Counted from the stretch's first letter, positions 1 through 15,716 are shown. The stretch is 64,000 nucleotides of DNA from an uncultured Chitinophagaceae bacterium (GCA_963814075.1 CAWFBO010000017.1:11950-75949); one strand, 5' to 3'. Notes: generated from the sequence alone by a model not told the origin. Translations and numbers: made by a program.

Positions 1-348
1 TATCAACGTCCACGGTTTTGGCAACGGATGTGGCCTTCCCATATTATGAATACTCTCATAGGCGATGATTGTGGCCGAAGTGATCAGAAAACCCACAACC
101 AAAAAAGTAATCAAAGGTTCAATCCTTCCATGACCGTACGGATGGTTTTCATCAGCCGGCCTGCTTGCATATTTTAAACCGAACAAAACCAATAAGGAGG
201 AAACGATATCTGTGGTTGATTCAATGGCATCTGCAATCAAAGCATAAGAATGCCCGAAAAAACCGGCGAGGCCTTTTATAATTGCGAGGCATGCATTACC
301 TGCCATGCTGAAATAAGTAGTTTTTATAGCTGTTTGTTCATTCGTCAT
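1..348 (-). CDS. Cation diffusion facilitator (FieF-like) transporter, 5' part (runs off the window)
   Basis: Manual translation from the ATG at 348: MTNEQTAIKTTYFSMAGNACLAIIKGLAGFFGHSYALIADAIESTTD...RPADENHPYGHGRIEP. It carries the CDF motifs SxALxADA and HPYGHG. Confidence 0.9.
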   Translation of the reverse strand, partial: MTNEQTAIKTTYFSMAGNACLAIIKGLAGFFGHSYALIADAIESTTDIVSSLLVLFGLKYASRPADENHPYGHGRIEPLITFLVVGFLITSATIIAYESIHNMGRPHPLPKPWTLI

Positions 349-590
349 GATAACGTATCATATCCTAAGGCACGCAAATATACCCAACAAATTTCCTGGT
401 AAATTTTTCAGAGGCGGATGAGAAATTAATAATTGTGCAATCGCGGTCTTATTTAAAAATTTTATGAAAAGAAGCGACGTCCATTTTTGATTCGTCATTG
501 AATTTTTCTTTGACAAGTGAAGAAGGAAAAAACTTTTTGCATCGTTAAGACTTCTCAACAGTAAAGCAACATTTATTGCTTTTTTTTATT

Positions 591-1647
591 TTAAAAGTTT
601 AACAATGTTTTTAAAAAGTGATGAAGGCGCAGTGTAATATGAAAAGGTACTTCAAACTGTTCTTTTGAGTTTGACAATACGATTGAGGCAGCGCTGTTCT
701 CCCATTTTTTTAAAATCAGTGGAAATGGTTGTGATTCCGTTAAGAATAAATTTTTTCCACGGCGTTTCATTATAAGAAATAATACCAATGTTTTTTCCAA
801 CTTTTAATTCGGATGCCTGTATTTTTTCCAGCAGTATCACCAAATCATCTTCCATCAGGTTAATATATACTTCGCCTTCCTTTATCACTTCGTCACCAAT
901 TTTATGTACTTCTTTATAATCGAAAGCATACTTGCGGCAAAAAGATTGAAATCCTTTGAGAATTTCAACAGGAAAATAAGTGTACGACGGAAAAACTATT
1001 TTTAGTGTTTGATATTTTTCCAATTGAGGCAATGCTGTTTCTAACGCTTCAAAAATATCTTTTTCGAAATTTTCATAGACAGCGCTATATTCTCTCCTAA
1101 TGCCGGGTATAATTTTATCCAGTAAAATTAAATTACCCGTGGCTAATTCATTAATGATTTCTGCTGCATTTTCTCCGCCTTCCAAAAAATGCGGAATGAT
1201 CACATAATGCGTATAATCTTCCTTCCTGTTTTGCAACATCTTTTTAAATAAACTGAAATCATTATTGTAAATGTAAAAGTCTATAGCGGCGTGTTCCCCT
1301 AAAGTTTTTGCAAATGAATCATAAATAATTTTTTTGTGAGCGCTTAGTTTATTAAAGATCAGGAAAACTTTTATTGCCTGCTTAAAATCGGTTTGAGCAA
1401 TGAAATATCCTTTGCCGGGTACAGAACCAATTACTCCTAATTGTTTTAAATACCGGTAAGCTTTTTCTGCAGTGTCACGAGATATTTCAAGCTCATAACT
1501 TAAATCATTAATAGATGGGAGCATGTAGTCTTTTCCCAGTTTCTGTTGTTCTACAGCTCTCAATACTGAATTTGCAAGTTGGATATATTTAGGTGTAATA
1601 GATTGGTCATCTATCTTAATTATGCGGTATATATTTTCTGAAGTCAT
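591..1647 (-). CDS. GntR-family regulator with C-terminal sugar-binding domain (FucR/AraR-like); frameshift near C-terminus
   Basis: N-terminal wHTH (PKYIQL...LPSINDLS...ISRDTAEKAY...SVPGKGYF) followed by a periplasmic-binding-protein-like domain (GIISYNETPWK...ITTISTDF). The C-terminus continues in ORF 591..800. Divergent from the rhamnosidase. Confidence 0.88.
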
Positions 1648-1695
1648 GCTCAAGCAAAGCATAAATATAATTTCTTTTTTTTACCAAATCAAAGG

Positions 1696-1734
1696 CAGGA
1701 CAGTACAGGACAGTCGCCGAAAGAACAGGATGGT
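1696..1734. promoter_or_regulatory. Candidate operator: phased direct repeats CAGGAYRGT
   Basis: CAGGACAGT at 1696 and 1706 and CAGGATGGT at 1726, in the divergent regulator/GH106 spacer. A similar pair lies upstream of rhaT. Confidence 0.55.
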
Positions 1735-1947
1735 GAACTTGGAAATGCTTTATTAATTTGCAGTGAACAGTATGAACCTTCACATTAAAAACGGTTGCTT
1801 GTAAAGTAAGGTTGCAAACTGTTTCAGAGTTAATTACAAAATAACTGCAGAAACGTATTGATTACTGTAGCTTAGAAATTGGATTGCTTGATGATTTCTT
1901 TTTATTTATAGAACACTATTTCAAATTGAATTAATAAAAAAAGACAA

Positions 1948-4900
1948 ATGAAAAAATATTCAAAATTAGCCACATTGTTTTTTTTAATCTTTTTTTGTAG
2001 CGGCCTCTATGCACAAAAATCCGATGACCTGGTGAAAAGTTTTGTTACGCCTCCCAACTCCGCAAAACCGCGCGTATGGTGGCATTGGATGAATGGAAAC
2101 ATTACCAAAGAGGGGATTCGAAAAGATTTGGAATGGATGCATCGCGTGGGCATTGGAGGTTTTCAAAATTTTGATGCGAGCTTGCTAACGCCGCAGATTG
2201 TAAAAGAACGATTAACCTATATGACACCGGATTGGAAAGATGCATTTCAGTTTGCTACCAAACTTGCCGATTCGTTACATCTTGAAATGGCTATTGCCGG
2301 CTCACCCGGATGGAGCGAAAGCGGTGGTCCATGGGTAAAGCCTGAAGATGGAATGAAAAAAATTGTGTGGACTGAAACAAGGGTGCAAGGTGGTGCAACC
2401 AATATAAAAGTTGCAGAGCCCTCTGGTGTAACGGGGCCTTTTCAAAACATACCTTTGCAAGGTGGATTTGGAGAAACTGTTGATGCTTCAAAGATTCCGA
2501 AGTTTTATAAAGATATTGCCGTAGTAGCTTACAAATTACCAGCTGCAGATAAATCGTTGAAAGAACTGGGAGCAACCGTTACATCAAGCGGTGGTAATTT
2601 TACATTGGAACAACTAACTGACGGAGACCTGGGTACCAGTTTATTGTTGCCAAGAGATTCCGTCGCAGGTTATGCATGGATACAATTTGCTTTCCCTCAA
2701 CCCGAAACGATTAAGGCAATAACGATGGTCGGTGGCGGAAATCCCGGTAGTTTTGGGCGCGGTGCTACGTCGGATGACTCGCGTCAGCTTGAATCAAGCG
2801 ACGATGGTGTTCATTTTAAATTTATTTGCAACATTCCACCGGGAGCTATTTTAGAACAAACAATCCCGGTACCTGAAACAACCGCGAAATATTTTCGGGT
2901 AACCGTTAAAAATCCACCACCACAATTGAATCAGTTCGCCGCAATGGTTGGCCTAAAAGCAGCACCTGTTACACCACCCGGAACAGAAATCGCTGAAATT
3001 TGTTTGTTTACTACAGATGTTGTCAACCGCTTCGAGGAGAAAGACGCTTTTGCGCCTGTTGAGGACCTGGATTCAAAAATGACTGCACCCACCAATGACG
3101 CGGTAGCAACCAATGATATTATCGATCTTACGGACAAAATAAATGCCGACGGAACATTAGACTGGACGGCTCCTCCGGGCGAGTGGAAAGTTGTTCGATT
3201 TGGATACTCGTTGCTGGGAATTACCAATCATCCTGCATCGCCGGAGGCAACAGGCCCGGAAGTGGACAAACTGGATCCCGTTGCAGTAAAAAATTATTTT
3301 ACCAATTACCTTAATCAATATGAAAGTGCTACAGGCGGACTGATGGGCAAAAAAGGCGGCTTGCAATTCATGATCACTGACAGTTGGGAAGCAGGTGCAC
3401 AAAACTGGACGACAAATCTTCCTGGAGAATTTCAAAAACGCCGTGGCTACAGCATCATTCCATGGCTTCCCGTATCTAACCGGGCAAATCGTAAAAAGTT
3501 CCAAAGCCAGCGAACAATTTTTATATGACTTCAGGCATACGTTGAGTGAGATGGTGGCGGAATATCATTACGATGCATTAACCAAAATTCTTGCCCAATA
3601 TGGGATGAAACGATATTCAGAGTCACATGAAAGCGGCCGGGCTTTAATAGCCGATGGCATGGATGTAAAACGGAAAGCAGCCGTTCCGATGTCGGCTATG
3701 TGGACTAAAAATGAATTTATAAACGGTGGCGATCAGACAGGTTATGAGGCCGATATCCGAGAATCCGCTTCGGTTGCGCACATCTATGGGCAAAACCTTG
3801 TTGCCGCTGAATCGCTTACTGCGTTAGGTCTTCCAGAAAAGGCATGGTCGTATGCACCGGAAAATTTAAAACCAACGGCAGACCTTGAGCTGGCAAGCGG
3901 TTTAAACCGTTTTGTAATTCATTGTTCCGTTCATCAGCCGACCGATGATAAAATTCCGGGACTTGGCCTCGGACCTTTTGGACAATGGTTTACCCGTCAT
4001 GAAACCTGGGCCGAAGAAGCCAAACCATGGACATCTTATCTTGCGCGCAGCAGTTATTTATTGCAACAGGGAAAGTTTGTGGCTGATGTCGTTTACTATT
4101 ACGGAGAAGATAATAACATTACTTCTTTGTTTGGAAAAAAATTGCCGGATGTGCCTGAAGGCTATAACTACGATTTTATAAATCCCGATGCATTAATCAA
4201 TCTTTTATCAGTAAGAGATGGAAAGTTAGTTACGCCAAGCGGGATGAGTTATCGTCTACTCGTGCTCGATAGTAATGCAGTAAGAATGTCTTTGCCTGTT
4301 TTGAAGAAAATTGAAAAATTGGTGAAAGGCGGCGCGGCTATCAGCGGAATTGAACCACAAATGACGCCAAGCCTTTCCGATGATCCGATTGAATTTAAAA
4401 ACATTGTGAATGAAATCTGGCATTCCGGAAATCCAAACGTATTTACCGGCAAAACAATTAAAGAAGTTCTTGATCAATTGAACATCGAACCGGATTTTTC
4501 TTACAGCAAGCCTGCTGCTGATACAAAGCTGATGTATGTGCATCGTAAATTAACGGGTAGTGATATTTATTGGGTTGACAGCCGCAATGATGACGTTCAG
4601 GATCTTGAAGGAACATTTCGTGTTACCGGAAAAGTTCCGGAATTGTGGTTTGCAGAAAGTGGTAAGACTGAACCATTGTCGTACAGTATTTCAAATGGTG
4701 TTACAAAAGTGAAACTGCATATGGAACCAAACGATGCATTGTTTGTAGTATTTAAAGACAAGGCTACAAAATCTTCAGTAGAACTACCGGCAGTTAAAGT
4801 AAAGCAGTTGGCAACGATCAATGGTTCATGGAATGTTGTCTTTCCAAAAAGATCGTGGTGCACCGTCACAGGCAACTTTTGATAAACTGGAATCATACAC

Positions 4901-5297
4901 TGAAAATACAGATGCAGGCATAAAATATTTTTCGGGTACAGCTACTTATACCAAAACAATTACAGCAGACAAAGCATGGTTTACAAAAGAAGCAGAATTG
5001 TGGTTAAATCTTGGTGATGTAAAAAATCTTGCAGAAGTAATGGTGAATGGGAAATCGCTCGGAATTACCTGGAAAAAGCCTTTCCGGATTAATGTAACCA
5101 ATGCATTAAAACCAGGACAGAATAAGTTAGAAATTAAGGTAACCAATCTTTGGGTGAACCGTTTGATCGGCGACGTGCAGCCTGGTGTAACTAATAAAAT
5201 TACTTATACCACCATGCCTTTTTACCAGGCCAATTCGAAACTGTTGCCTTCAGGTTTGTTGGGCCCTGTACAGATAATGCAAGTCAACCGTAAATGA
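1948..5297 (+). CDS. GH106 alpha-L-rhamnosidase-like glycoside hydrolase (split by 2 frameshifts)
   Basis: Signal peptide; PRVWWHWMNGNIT, GWSESGGPW, TDSWEAG, AAESLT, GLNRFVIH and the C-terminal LGDVKNLAEV...VTNLWVNRLIGD...SGLLGPV. Spread over ORFs 1948..3528, 3395..4882 and 4821..5297. Confidence 0.88.
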
Positions 5298-5352
5298 TTT
5301 TAAGTACGAATTATATCTTAGATTTAGATATTTAAAACATAACTCATCTAAG

Positions 5353-5726
5353 ATGAAGACATTAAATTTAATTTTAGTAATCGTTTTTTTACTGGTAATT
5401 TCAATCGCTTCAAATGCACAGACCGCCGAACCTGATTATTTCGCCGGCAAATGGAATGTGTTGATAAAAAACCTGCCTCAGGGAGATACAAAAATGATCG
5501 TCAATCTTGAAAAGCAGGATACAGCGTGGGCTGGAAATATCCAGGATTCGTCTGGCAAGGAAATATCGAAATTTTCAAAAGTGGAGATGCAAGACACGAC
5601 CGTCACAGTTTATTTCACCGCCCAAGGCTATGACGTTTACCTGAGGCTGGATAAAAAGGAAATGACCATGTAACCGGATCAATGTTGGACATGTTTGATG
5701 CCGAAGGTGATCGTGTGAAGGAGTGA
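5353..5726 (+). CDS. Small secreted hypothetical protein (frameshift near 5655)
   Basis: Signal peptide then DYFAGKWNVL...; it continues in another frame as GNDHVTGSMLDMFDAEGDRVKE* to TGA 5726. Confidence 0.65.
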
Positions 5727-5864
5727 AGAAACGGTACAATGACAAACTTCGGGAGTAAAATAAAAAACTTACTTTTTGTTTCGTTTACTGCTCATAATGT
5801 TTAAAGTTTAATAAAAACCTTATCCATCGAATATAATATATCAACATCTTTAACTTTTACAGGT

Positions 5865-6986
<1,122 letters not shown>

Positions 6987-7116
6987 AAAATTTAATTAAA
7001 GATTCTACCGGTAAAATAGGGACGATTCACATTATTATGCGGGAAAACAGATAACCTCTTCTATCAATAGTAAGACGTTAGGGAATAACTATAATTCTAA
7101 AATAATTAACAAGTTT

Positions 7117-8157
7117 ATGTTTAAACAAATTTTAAGTGTTTTATTATTGGGAGTAGTTACATATGCGACCGCTTTCTGCCAAAAAAATTCGTCTCAAATT
7201 TTTCCGGACAGCCTGGTTCAACCAAGGATGAGGGTGATAATCGATAATGATTTTGGTGGCGATCCGGATGGTTTGTTTGAGTTGGTGCAACATTTATTAT
7301 CTCCCTCGGTTGAAATACGCGCCATCATTGGTTCGCATTTAAGGCCCGGAGATGGCTTTGACCCTTCCAATGAAACCGCAACTCATGCCAAAGAGAAAGT
7401 GGAAGAGGTGTTGAGCATAATGAATCTTACCAACGTTTATCCTGTTTACCAGGGTTCAAATTTTCCCTTGAAGAATGACAGTACCCCTCAACATTCTGAA
7501 GCTGCCGAAGCCATTATAAAAGAGGCAATGCGAACCGATACCAAACTGCCTTTGTATGTTGTGTGTGGCGCGGGACTTACGGACATTGCAAGCGCTTGGC
7601 TAATGAAGCCGGAGATTGCAAAACATTTAACTCTTATATGGATCGGAGGACCGGAATATCCTGAATTGGCAACACCACCTCCACATTATACAAGTCTCGA
7701 GTATAATCTTGGGATTGATCTGAAGGCTGGCCAGGTCGTTTTTAATAAATCAACTATTCCGATATGGCAGGTTCCACGCAATGCATACCGGCAGGTAATG
7801 CTTCCTTATTCTTCTTTGTTATTAAAAGTAAAAACACAAGGAAAAATCGGGCAATACCTTGCCGCCAATCTTGAACGTGTTATGAAGATGAGCATAAAAT
7901 ATAATTTTAATGTAGGTGAAGTGTATATCATTGGTGATAGCCCTTTGGTTTTGCTTACAGCCCTGCAATCTTCTTTCGAGCCTGATCCTTCATCGAGTAA
8001 ATATGTATTGCACCAGGCACCTTTTATAAACGACCAGGGTTTGTATGAAGTAAATCATTCTGGCAGAAACATAAGGGTATATACGCAACTGGATACACCG
8101 CTATTGTTGGAAGATCTTTTCTCCAAACTTGCTTTGTTCAATCAAAACAATGAATAA
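7117..8157 (+). CDS. Secreted inosine-uridine nucleoside hydrolase-like protein
   Basis: RVIIDNDFGGDPDG, GAGLTDIASA, LIWIGG and EYNL motifs; N-terminal signal peptide. Confidence 0.78.
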   Translation: MFKQILSVLLLGVVTYATAFCQKNSSQIFPDSLVQPRMRVIIDNDFGGDPDGLFELVQHLLSPSVEIRAIIGSHLRPGDGFDPSNETATHAKEKVEEVLSIMNLTNVYPVYQGSNFPLKNDSTPQHSEAAEAIIKEAMRTDTKLPLYVVCGAGLTDIASAWLMKPEIAKHLTLIWIGGPEYPELATPPPHYTSLEYNLGIDLKAGQVVFNKSTIPIWQVPRNAYRQVMLPYSSLLLKVKTQGKIGQYLAANLERVMKMSIKYNFNVGEVYIIGDSPLVLLTALQSSFEPDPSSSKYVLHQAPFINDQGLYEVNHSGRNIRVYTQLDTPLLLEDLFSKLALFNQNNE

Positions 8158-8215
8158 ACTTATTGACAGTTTTTTATAAACACTGAACAGTAATTTCTAA
8201 AATGATTTCAATCTT

Positions 8216-8234
8216 CATGACAGTCCATGATAGT
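8216..8234. promoter_or_regulatory. Candidate operator upstream of rhaT: CATGACAGT-C-CATGATAGT
   Basis: Direct repeat with 10-bp period matching the 1696-1714 repeat (consensus CAKGAYAGT). Confidence 0.55.
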
Positions 8235-8296
8235 TAATATAGGCGAAATGATATTTTTACAAAAGCTTGGTATTTCCCATTTAAAATTCTAAATCC

Positions 8297-9381
8297 ATGC
8301 AGATCATTCTTGGGATCTTTTTTCATTTTATCGGTGGCGCTGCCTCCGGGAGTTTTTATGTTCCTTATAACAAAGTAAAGGGCTGGCATTGGGAAAGCTT
8401 TTGGATTGTTGGTGGCCTTTTTTCGTGGCTCATTGTCCCGCCTATTGCGGCATGGCTCACTGTTCCTCATTTTTCCATGATCATTTCTCAAACATCGGCC
8501 TCAACTTTTTGGCTGGACTTATTTCTGGGGCGTTCTTTGGGGCATTGGCGGTTTAATGTATGGACTGGGAATGCGTTATCTTAGGAATGTCATTGGGTAA
8601 TTCGGTTTTACTGGGATTTACTTCTGCATTTGGGGCACTGGCGCCATCTATCTATTACAACTTTCATCCGCAGGAAGGCAAAACAACTTTCACTGATTTG
8701 CTTACTACCTCATGGGGGCAAATAGTACTTGTTGGCATCGTTCTTTGTTTACTGGGAATTTTTATTTGTGGAAGAGCAGGTGTTTTAAAAGAGAAAGAAC
8801 TGTCGGATGAAAAAAAGAAAGAAAGTGTAAAAGAATTTAACCTGGTAAAGGGATTGATCGTTTGCATTGTTTCCGGGATACTCAGTGCCTGTTTTAATTA
8901 TGGAATTGAAGCAGGTTCGGCAATGGCCGATGTGGCCAATAAAATGTGGAAATCGGCTCGAACCCACATGAAACAGGAAATTTTTTATACCGCAACAATG
9001 TGATTTATATAGTGTTATTGTGGGGTGGACTTACTACTAATTTTATCTGGACATATATTTTTAAATTTTCGTAACAAAACTTTTGGTGATTACACCAATA
9101 AGAAAACACCGCTTTACCGGAATTATATTTTTTGCGCGATGGCAGGTACACTTTGGTTCCTGCAGTTTTTCTTTTATGGAATGGGTGAAAGTAAATTAGG
9201 AAATGGCGCCAGTTCCTGGATACTTCACATGTCATTCATCATATTCGTTGCTAATATGTGGGGCTTTGCACTAAAAGAATGGAAAGGAGTGAGCAAAAAA
9301 ACAATAACGACAATCATTGCAGGTGTCATCATTATTATCGCTTCCGTTATCCTTGTGGGGTATGGTAATTCAATAAAATAA
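8297..9381 (+). CDS. rhaT: L-rhamnose/proton symporter (frameshifted)
   Basis: GIFFHFIGGAASGSFYVPY.KVKGWHWESFW, LGMSLGNS, SGILSACFNYG, LWFLQFFFYGMG and SSWILHM across ORFs 8297, 8560 and 9025. Confidence 0.9.
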
Positions 9382-9399
9382 ATTAATACAAAAAATAGT

Positions 9400-11524
<2,125 letters not shown>

Positions 11525-11592
11525 GATTAGTAATAAAATTTTAACTTACAGGAAGCTTGAGTCAGGAACTTTAATATTTACAACCTACCATC

Positions 11593-12867
11593 ATGCGTAT
11601 TGAAAAATATAAAATTGAAGAACATAATCATTCTCTGAAAAATGAGCACTCAAAAAGTTTTGATTTTATTGCATCAGGCATAAAAAATGTTGATGCTCTC
11701 ATTCAAAAATTGATCGATTTCCAGGTGGCTATTCCAAGCTGGGCATTAGGTACAGGCGGAACAAGATTTGCACGTTTTGCCGGCGGGGGCGAGCCTCGCA
11801 GTCTTGAAGAAAAAATAGAAGACATTGGTTTGCTGCATGCTTTGAACCGCTCAGGCGGCGCTATTTCACTACACATTCCATGGGACATTCCCGAAAATGC
11901 CGCTAATATAAAAGCGTTGGCTGCACAGAATGATTTGAGGTTTGATGCAATGAATTCCAACACTTTCCAGGATCAGGCGGACCAAGAATTGAGTTACAAA
12001 TTTGGTTCGATGCAGCATGTAGATAAAGAGGTGCGAAAGCAGGCTATCGAACATAACATTGAAGTGATAAAATATGGAAGAGAACTTGGTTCAAAATCCC
12101 TAACGGTTTGGCTGGCGGATGGCTCTTGTTTTCCGGGTCAACTGAATTTCAGGAAAGCCTTTCAGAATACATTGGAGAGCCTGGAGGAGGTGTATAGCAA
12201 TTTGCCAGGTGATTGGAAAATGTTCGTAGAGTACAAGGCGTATGAACCCAATTTTTATTCTACCACTGTTGGCGATTGGGGCCAATCATTTCTGTATGCC
12301 AATAAATTGGGCGAAAAAGCTTATACCTTAGTTGATCTTGGCCATCATTTACCAAATGCAAATATTGAACAAATTGTTGCTTTACTGTTGATGGAAGGCA
12401 AACTTGGCGGTTTTCATTTTAATGATTCAAAATACGGAGATGATGACCTTACTGTTGGCAGCATCAAACCTTACCAGCTGTTTTTAATTTTTAATGAACT
12501 GGTAGAAGGTATGGATGCAAAAAAGATGAATCATGCCACGGACCTTGCATGGATGATCGATGCATCACACAATGTGAAAGATCCGCTGGAAGATCTATTG
12601 CAGTCAGTTGAAGCAATCATGATTTCTTATGCACAGGCTTTATCGGTTGACAGGCAGAAACTGGTTGATGCACAAAATAGTAATGATGTAGTTTCCGCTC
12701 AGGAAATTTTGCAACAGGCTTACAGGACTGACGTGAGGCCACTTGTTGCCGAAGCGAGATTACGCTCGGGAGGCGCTTTGAATCCTTTGTCGCTTTACCG
12801 CGCTGAAAAAGTAAGAGAGAACCTGATTAAAGAAAGAGGAAGTAAAACTGTTGCTACAGGTTTGTAA
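11593..12867 (+). CDS. rhaI: L-rhamnose isomerase (RhaI/TIM-barrel type)
   Basis: PSWALGTGGTRFARF, SLHIPWD, WLADG, EYKAYEP, DLGHH and GGFHFNDSKYGDDDL motifs; rhamnose gene context. Confidence 0.88.
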   Translation: MRIEKYKIEEHNHSLKNEHSKSFDFIASGIKNVDALIQKLIDFQVAIPSWALGTGGTRFARFAGGGEPRSLEEKIEDIGLLHALNRSGGAISLHIPWDIPENAANIKALAAQNDLRFDAMNSNTFQDQADQELSYKFGSMQHVDKEVRKQAIEHNIEVIKYGRELGSKSLTVWLADGSCFPGQLNFRKAFQNTLESLEEVYSNLPGDWKMFVEYKAYEPNFYSTTVGDWGQSFLYANKLGEKAYTLVDLGHHLPNANIEQIVALLLMEGKLGGFHFNDSKYGDDDLTVGSIKPYQLFLIFNELVEGMDAKKMNHATDLAWMIDASHNVKDPLEDLLQSVEAIMISYAQALSVDRQKLVDAQNSNDVVSAQEILQQAYRTDVRPLVAEARLRSGGALNPLSLYRAEKVRENLIKERGSKTVATGL

Positions 12868-14249
12868 TGAATAAAATTCCGGCTATAGCGATTTTTGATA
12901 TTGGTAAAACCAACAAAAAATTACTATTATTTGACGAGCAGTATCAATTGCTCTATGAACAAAGTGATCAGTTGCCTGAGACAACAGATGAAGACGGAGA
13001 TGCCTGTGAAGATGTGAATGCATTAGCTTGTTGGGTGCGGGAATCTTTTACGAATATTTTGCAAGAAGAAAGATTTTTGATTAAGGCAATAAATGTATCC
13101 GCATATGGGGCGAGCTTTGTTCACCTGGACGAAAATGGAAATGTGATGCTGCCTTTGTATAATTATTTAAAACCATACCCGGAAAATCTACTGAACCAAT
13201 TTTATAAAGATCATGGCGAAGAAAAGATCATGGCAAAAGATACCGCTTCTCCTTCTTTGGGAAGCCTCAATTCAGGCCTTCAGCTTTACAGGATCAAATA
13301 TCAAACGCCTGGAATCTTTGATAAAATCAAATGGTCTTTGCATCTGCCGCAATATATCAGCTATGTACTTTCATCTCAAAAAAATTCTGAAATTACCAGT
13401 ATTGGTTGCCATACTTATTTATGGAACTTCCGTAAGAACGACTATCATTCATGGGTACACGAAGAGGGGATTGATGAAAAATTTCCTCCTATAAGAGAAA
13501 GTGATAAGGTTGCAGGTTATGCCAGGAATAAAATCCCGGTTGGGGTAGGCTTGCATGATAGTTCTGCTGCAATGATTCCTTATCTTATTTCTTTTCGCGA
13601 GCCTTTTGTGTTATTATCAACCGGTACATGGAATATAAGTTTGAATCCTTTTAATAATACTCCATTAACCGATTTTGAATTACAAAATGATTGCCTTCGC
13701 TACCTTTCTTATGACGCTAAACCTATAAAGGCTTCGCGCTTGTTTGCCGGGTACGAACATGAAAAAGAAGTGAAAAAACTGGCAGGCTATTTCGATAAAC
13801 CTATTGACTATTATACATCCATTTCTTATGATCCTGCATTGTTTTTTAGAAAAAAGATACCCCCCAAACATTTAAAAATTGAAAATAAAAATTTACCGGA
13901 AAAACCGGAATGGAACAGCGAATCACTTAACATTTTTGAAAGCTATGAAGAAGCGTATCATCACTTTATTTTACACCTTGTAAAGAGACAGGTGGCAAGT
14001 ACTGAAATTGTATTGGAAGGTACGAAGGTGAAAAGAATGTTTGTTGATGGAGGATTTAGCAAAAACCTGGTTTTTATGCAAATGTTGTCACAAGCTTTTC
14101 CCGGACTTGAAGTATATGCCGCTTCGGTCGCACAGGCATCTGCTCTTGGCGCTGCTCTTTGCTTTCATCACAATTGGAACCGCGAAAATTTGCCCGCTGA
14201 TCTTATTGAATTGAAACGTTTTCAAAATAAGAAACAATCGCCAATTTAA
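12867..14249 (+). CDS. FGGY-family carbohydrate kinase, probable rhamnulokinase
   Basis: FDIGKTNKK phosphate loop, GLHDSSAA, LSTGTW, VDGGF; start overlaps the isomerase stop. Confidence 0.85.
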   Translation: MNKIPAIAIFDIGKTNKKLLLFDEQYQLLYEQSDQLPETTDEDGDACEDVNALACWVRESFTNILQEERFLIKAINVSAYGASFVHLDENGNVMLPLYNYLKPYPENLLNQFYKDHGEEKIMAKDTASPSLGSLNSGLQLYRIKYQTPGIFDKIKWSLHLPQYISYVLSSQKNSEITSIGCHTYLWNFRKNDYHSWVHEEGIDEKFPPIRESDKVAGYARNKIPVGVGLHDSSAAMIPYLISFREPFVLLSTGTWNISLNPFNNTPLTDFELQNDCLRYLSYDAKPIKASRLFAGYEHEKEVKKLAGYFDKPIDYYTSISYDPALFFRKKIPPKHLKIENKNLPEKPEWNSESLNIFESYEEAYHHFILHLVKRQVASTEIVLEGTKVKRMFVDGGFSKNLVFMQMLSQAFPGLEVYAASVAQASALGAALCFHHNWNRENLPADLIELKRFQNKKQSPI

Positions 14250-14352
14250 AGAATAAACCAAAAGCCCCAATTACATCAGTAAACCAACAAATAATTCCGA
14301 TTTTTATTCTATCAATATTTACAAAATCATTAATTTTTTTTACCTTTTGAAT

Positions 14353-14949
14353 ATGGATGAAACTGTAATTATTATTCTGGCGGCCGGAAATTCATCACGA
14401 ATGCAAAAGCCCAAGCAGTTGTTGCCATATCATGACCGATCGTTGTTGGTTCACACCATTAAAGAAGCGCAAAAATCTTTAATGCCGGTTGTGGTGGTAT
14501 TGGGCGCAAATTCTAAAGAAATAATGGCGGATATAAACGATATGGAAGCAGACGTGGTGGTAAACAAAAATTGGGAGTCAGGTATGGCTTCTTCTATAAG
14601 GGCCGGTGTTGAAAGGGCAAGAGCGATCAATACAAAAATTGCGAATTGTATCCTTGCTGTTTGTGACCAACCATATATTTCTTCTCTTTTATTCCAGGAA
14701 TTGGTTGATCAGAAAACAGTGAGTGGCAAAAAAATAGTTGCTTCTTCCTATGCAGATACTTTGGGCACGCCTGCACTTTTTGATAAAAAATATTTTGATG
14801 ATCTTTTGAACCTGCAGGGAGATCACGGAGCTAAAAATCTTTTACAAAAATACCATTTGGCTGTGACATCAGTTTCCTTCGAAAAAGGCGATATCGATGT
14901 AGACACAAAAAGTGATTATGAGCAACTGATAAAGAATCAAAATTTATGA
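14353..14949 (+). CDS. MocA/MobA-like nucleotidyltransferase (probable Moco cytidylyltransferase)
   Basis: IILAAGNSSRM..PKQLL, WESGMASSI, CDQP, GDHGAK, DVDT. Confidence 0.82.
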   Translation: MDETVIIILAAGNSSRMQKPKQLLPYHDRSLLVHTIKEAQKSLMPVVVVLGANSKEIMADINDMEADVVVNKNWESGMASSIRAGVERARAINTKIANCILAVCDQPYISSLLFQELVDQKTVSGKKIVASSYADTLGTPALFDKKYFDDLLNLQGDHGAKNLLQKYHLAVTSVSFEKGDIDVDTKSDYEQLIKNQNL

Positions 14950-15710
14950 AAATTCGTTTGTTTGCTGTAGCGATTTCTTTTTTGTCATTTCATTCTGCAC
15001 CAACGAAAGCCCAGGAGAAAAAGATAACAGTTGCTGTGGCTGCCAACATGCAATATGCCTTTGCCGAATTAAAAAATGAATTTGAAAAAAACAACGATAT
15101 GAAGGTAAATGTTGTAGTTGGTGCATCAGGAAATTTGACAAGACAAATCGTGCAGGGAGCACCTTTTGATGTTTTTATCTCTGCCGACACGAAATATCCT
15201 GAAAATGTTTATTCGCAGGGGTTTGCAGCTGAGAAACCAAAAATATACGCGAGAGGTGCATTGGTTTTGTGGACAACAAAAGAAGGATTAAAGTTAAATC
15301 CTGAGCTACAGTTTTTATTGTTGCCTGGTATTAAAAGCATAGCCCTCGCCAATCCAAAGATCGCTCCTTACGGAACTGCGGCGGAATCACTGTTAAAAAA
15401 GTATTCGCTGTTTGAAAAACTGAAAAACAAATTGGTTTATGGAGAAAGTATTTCGCAAACAAGCCAGTTTATTGCAAGTGGAAACGCGGACGTGGGTTTT
15501 ACTGCCAAAGCGGTTGTACTTTCCGGTCAAATGAAAACCAGGGGCAGGTGGATCGAATTGGACAGCAAAGAATATCCCCCGATTTTGCAGGCGGCAGTTC
15601 TTTTAAAATATGGAACCAAAAATCATTCTGTTGCTTCCAAAAAATTTTATGAATTTTTATTTTCTGAAAAGGCGAAGGATATTTATAAAAAATATGGTTA
15701 CCTAAATTAA
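14946..15710 (+). CDS. modA: Molybdate ABC transporter substrate-binding protein
   Basis: VAVAANM, GASG.L..QI.QGAPFDVFISAD, ANPKIAPYG. Confidence 0.93.
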   Translation: MKIRLFAVAISFLSFHSAPTKAQEKKITVAVAANMQYAFAELKNEFEKNNDMKVNVVVGASGNLTRQIVQGAPFDVFISADTKYPENVYSQGFAAEKPKIYARGALVLWTTKEGLKLNPELQFLLLPGIKSIALANPKIAPYGTAAESLLKKYSLFEKLKNKLVYGESISQTSQFIASGNADVGFTAKAVVLSGQMKTRGRWIELDSKEYPPILQAAVLLKYGTKNHSVASKKFYEFLFSEKAKDIYKKYGYLN

Positions 15711-15716
15711 AAAAAG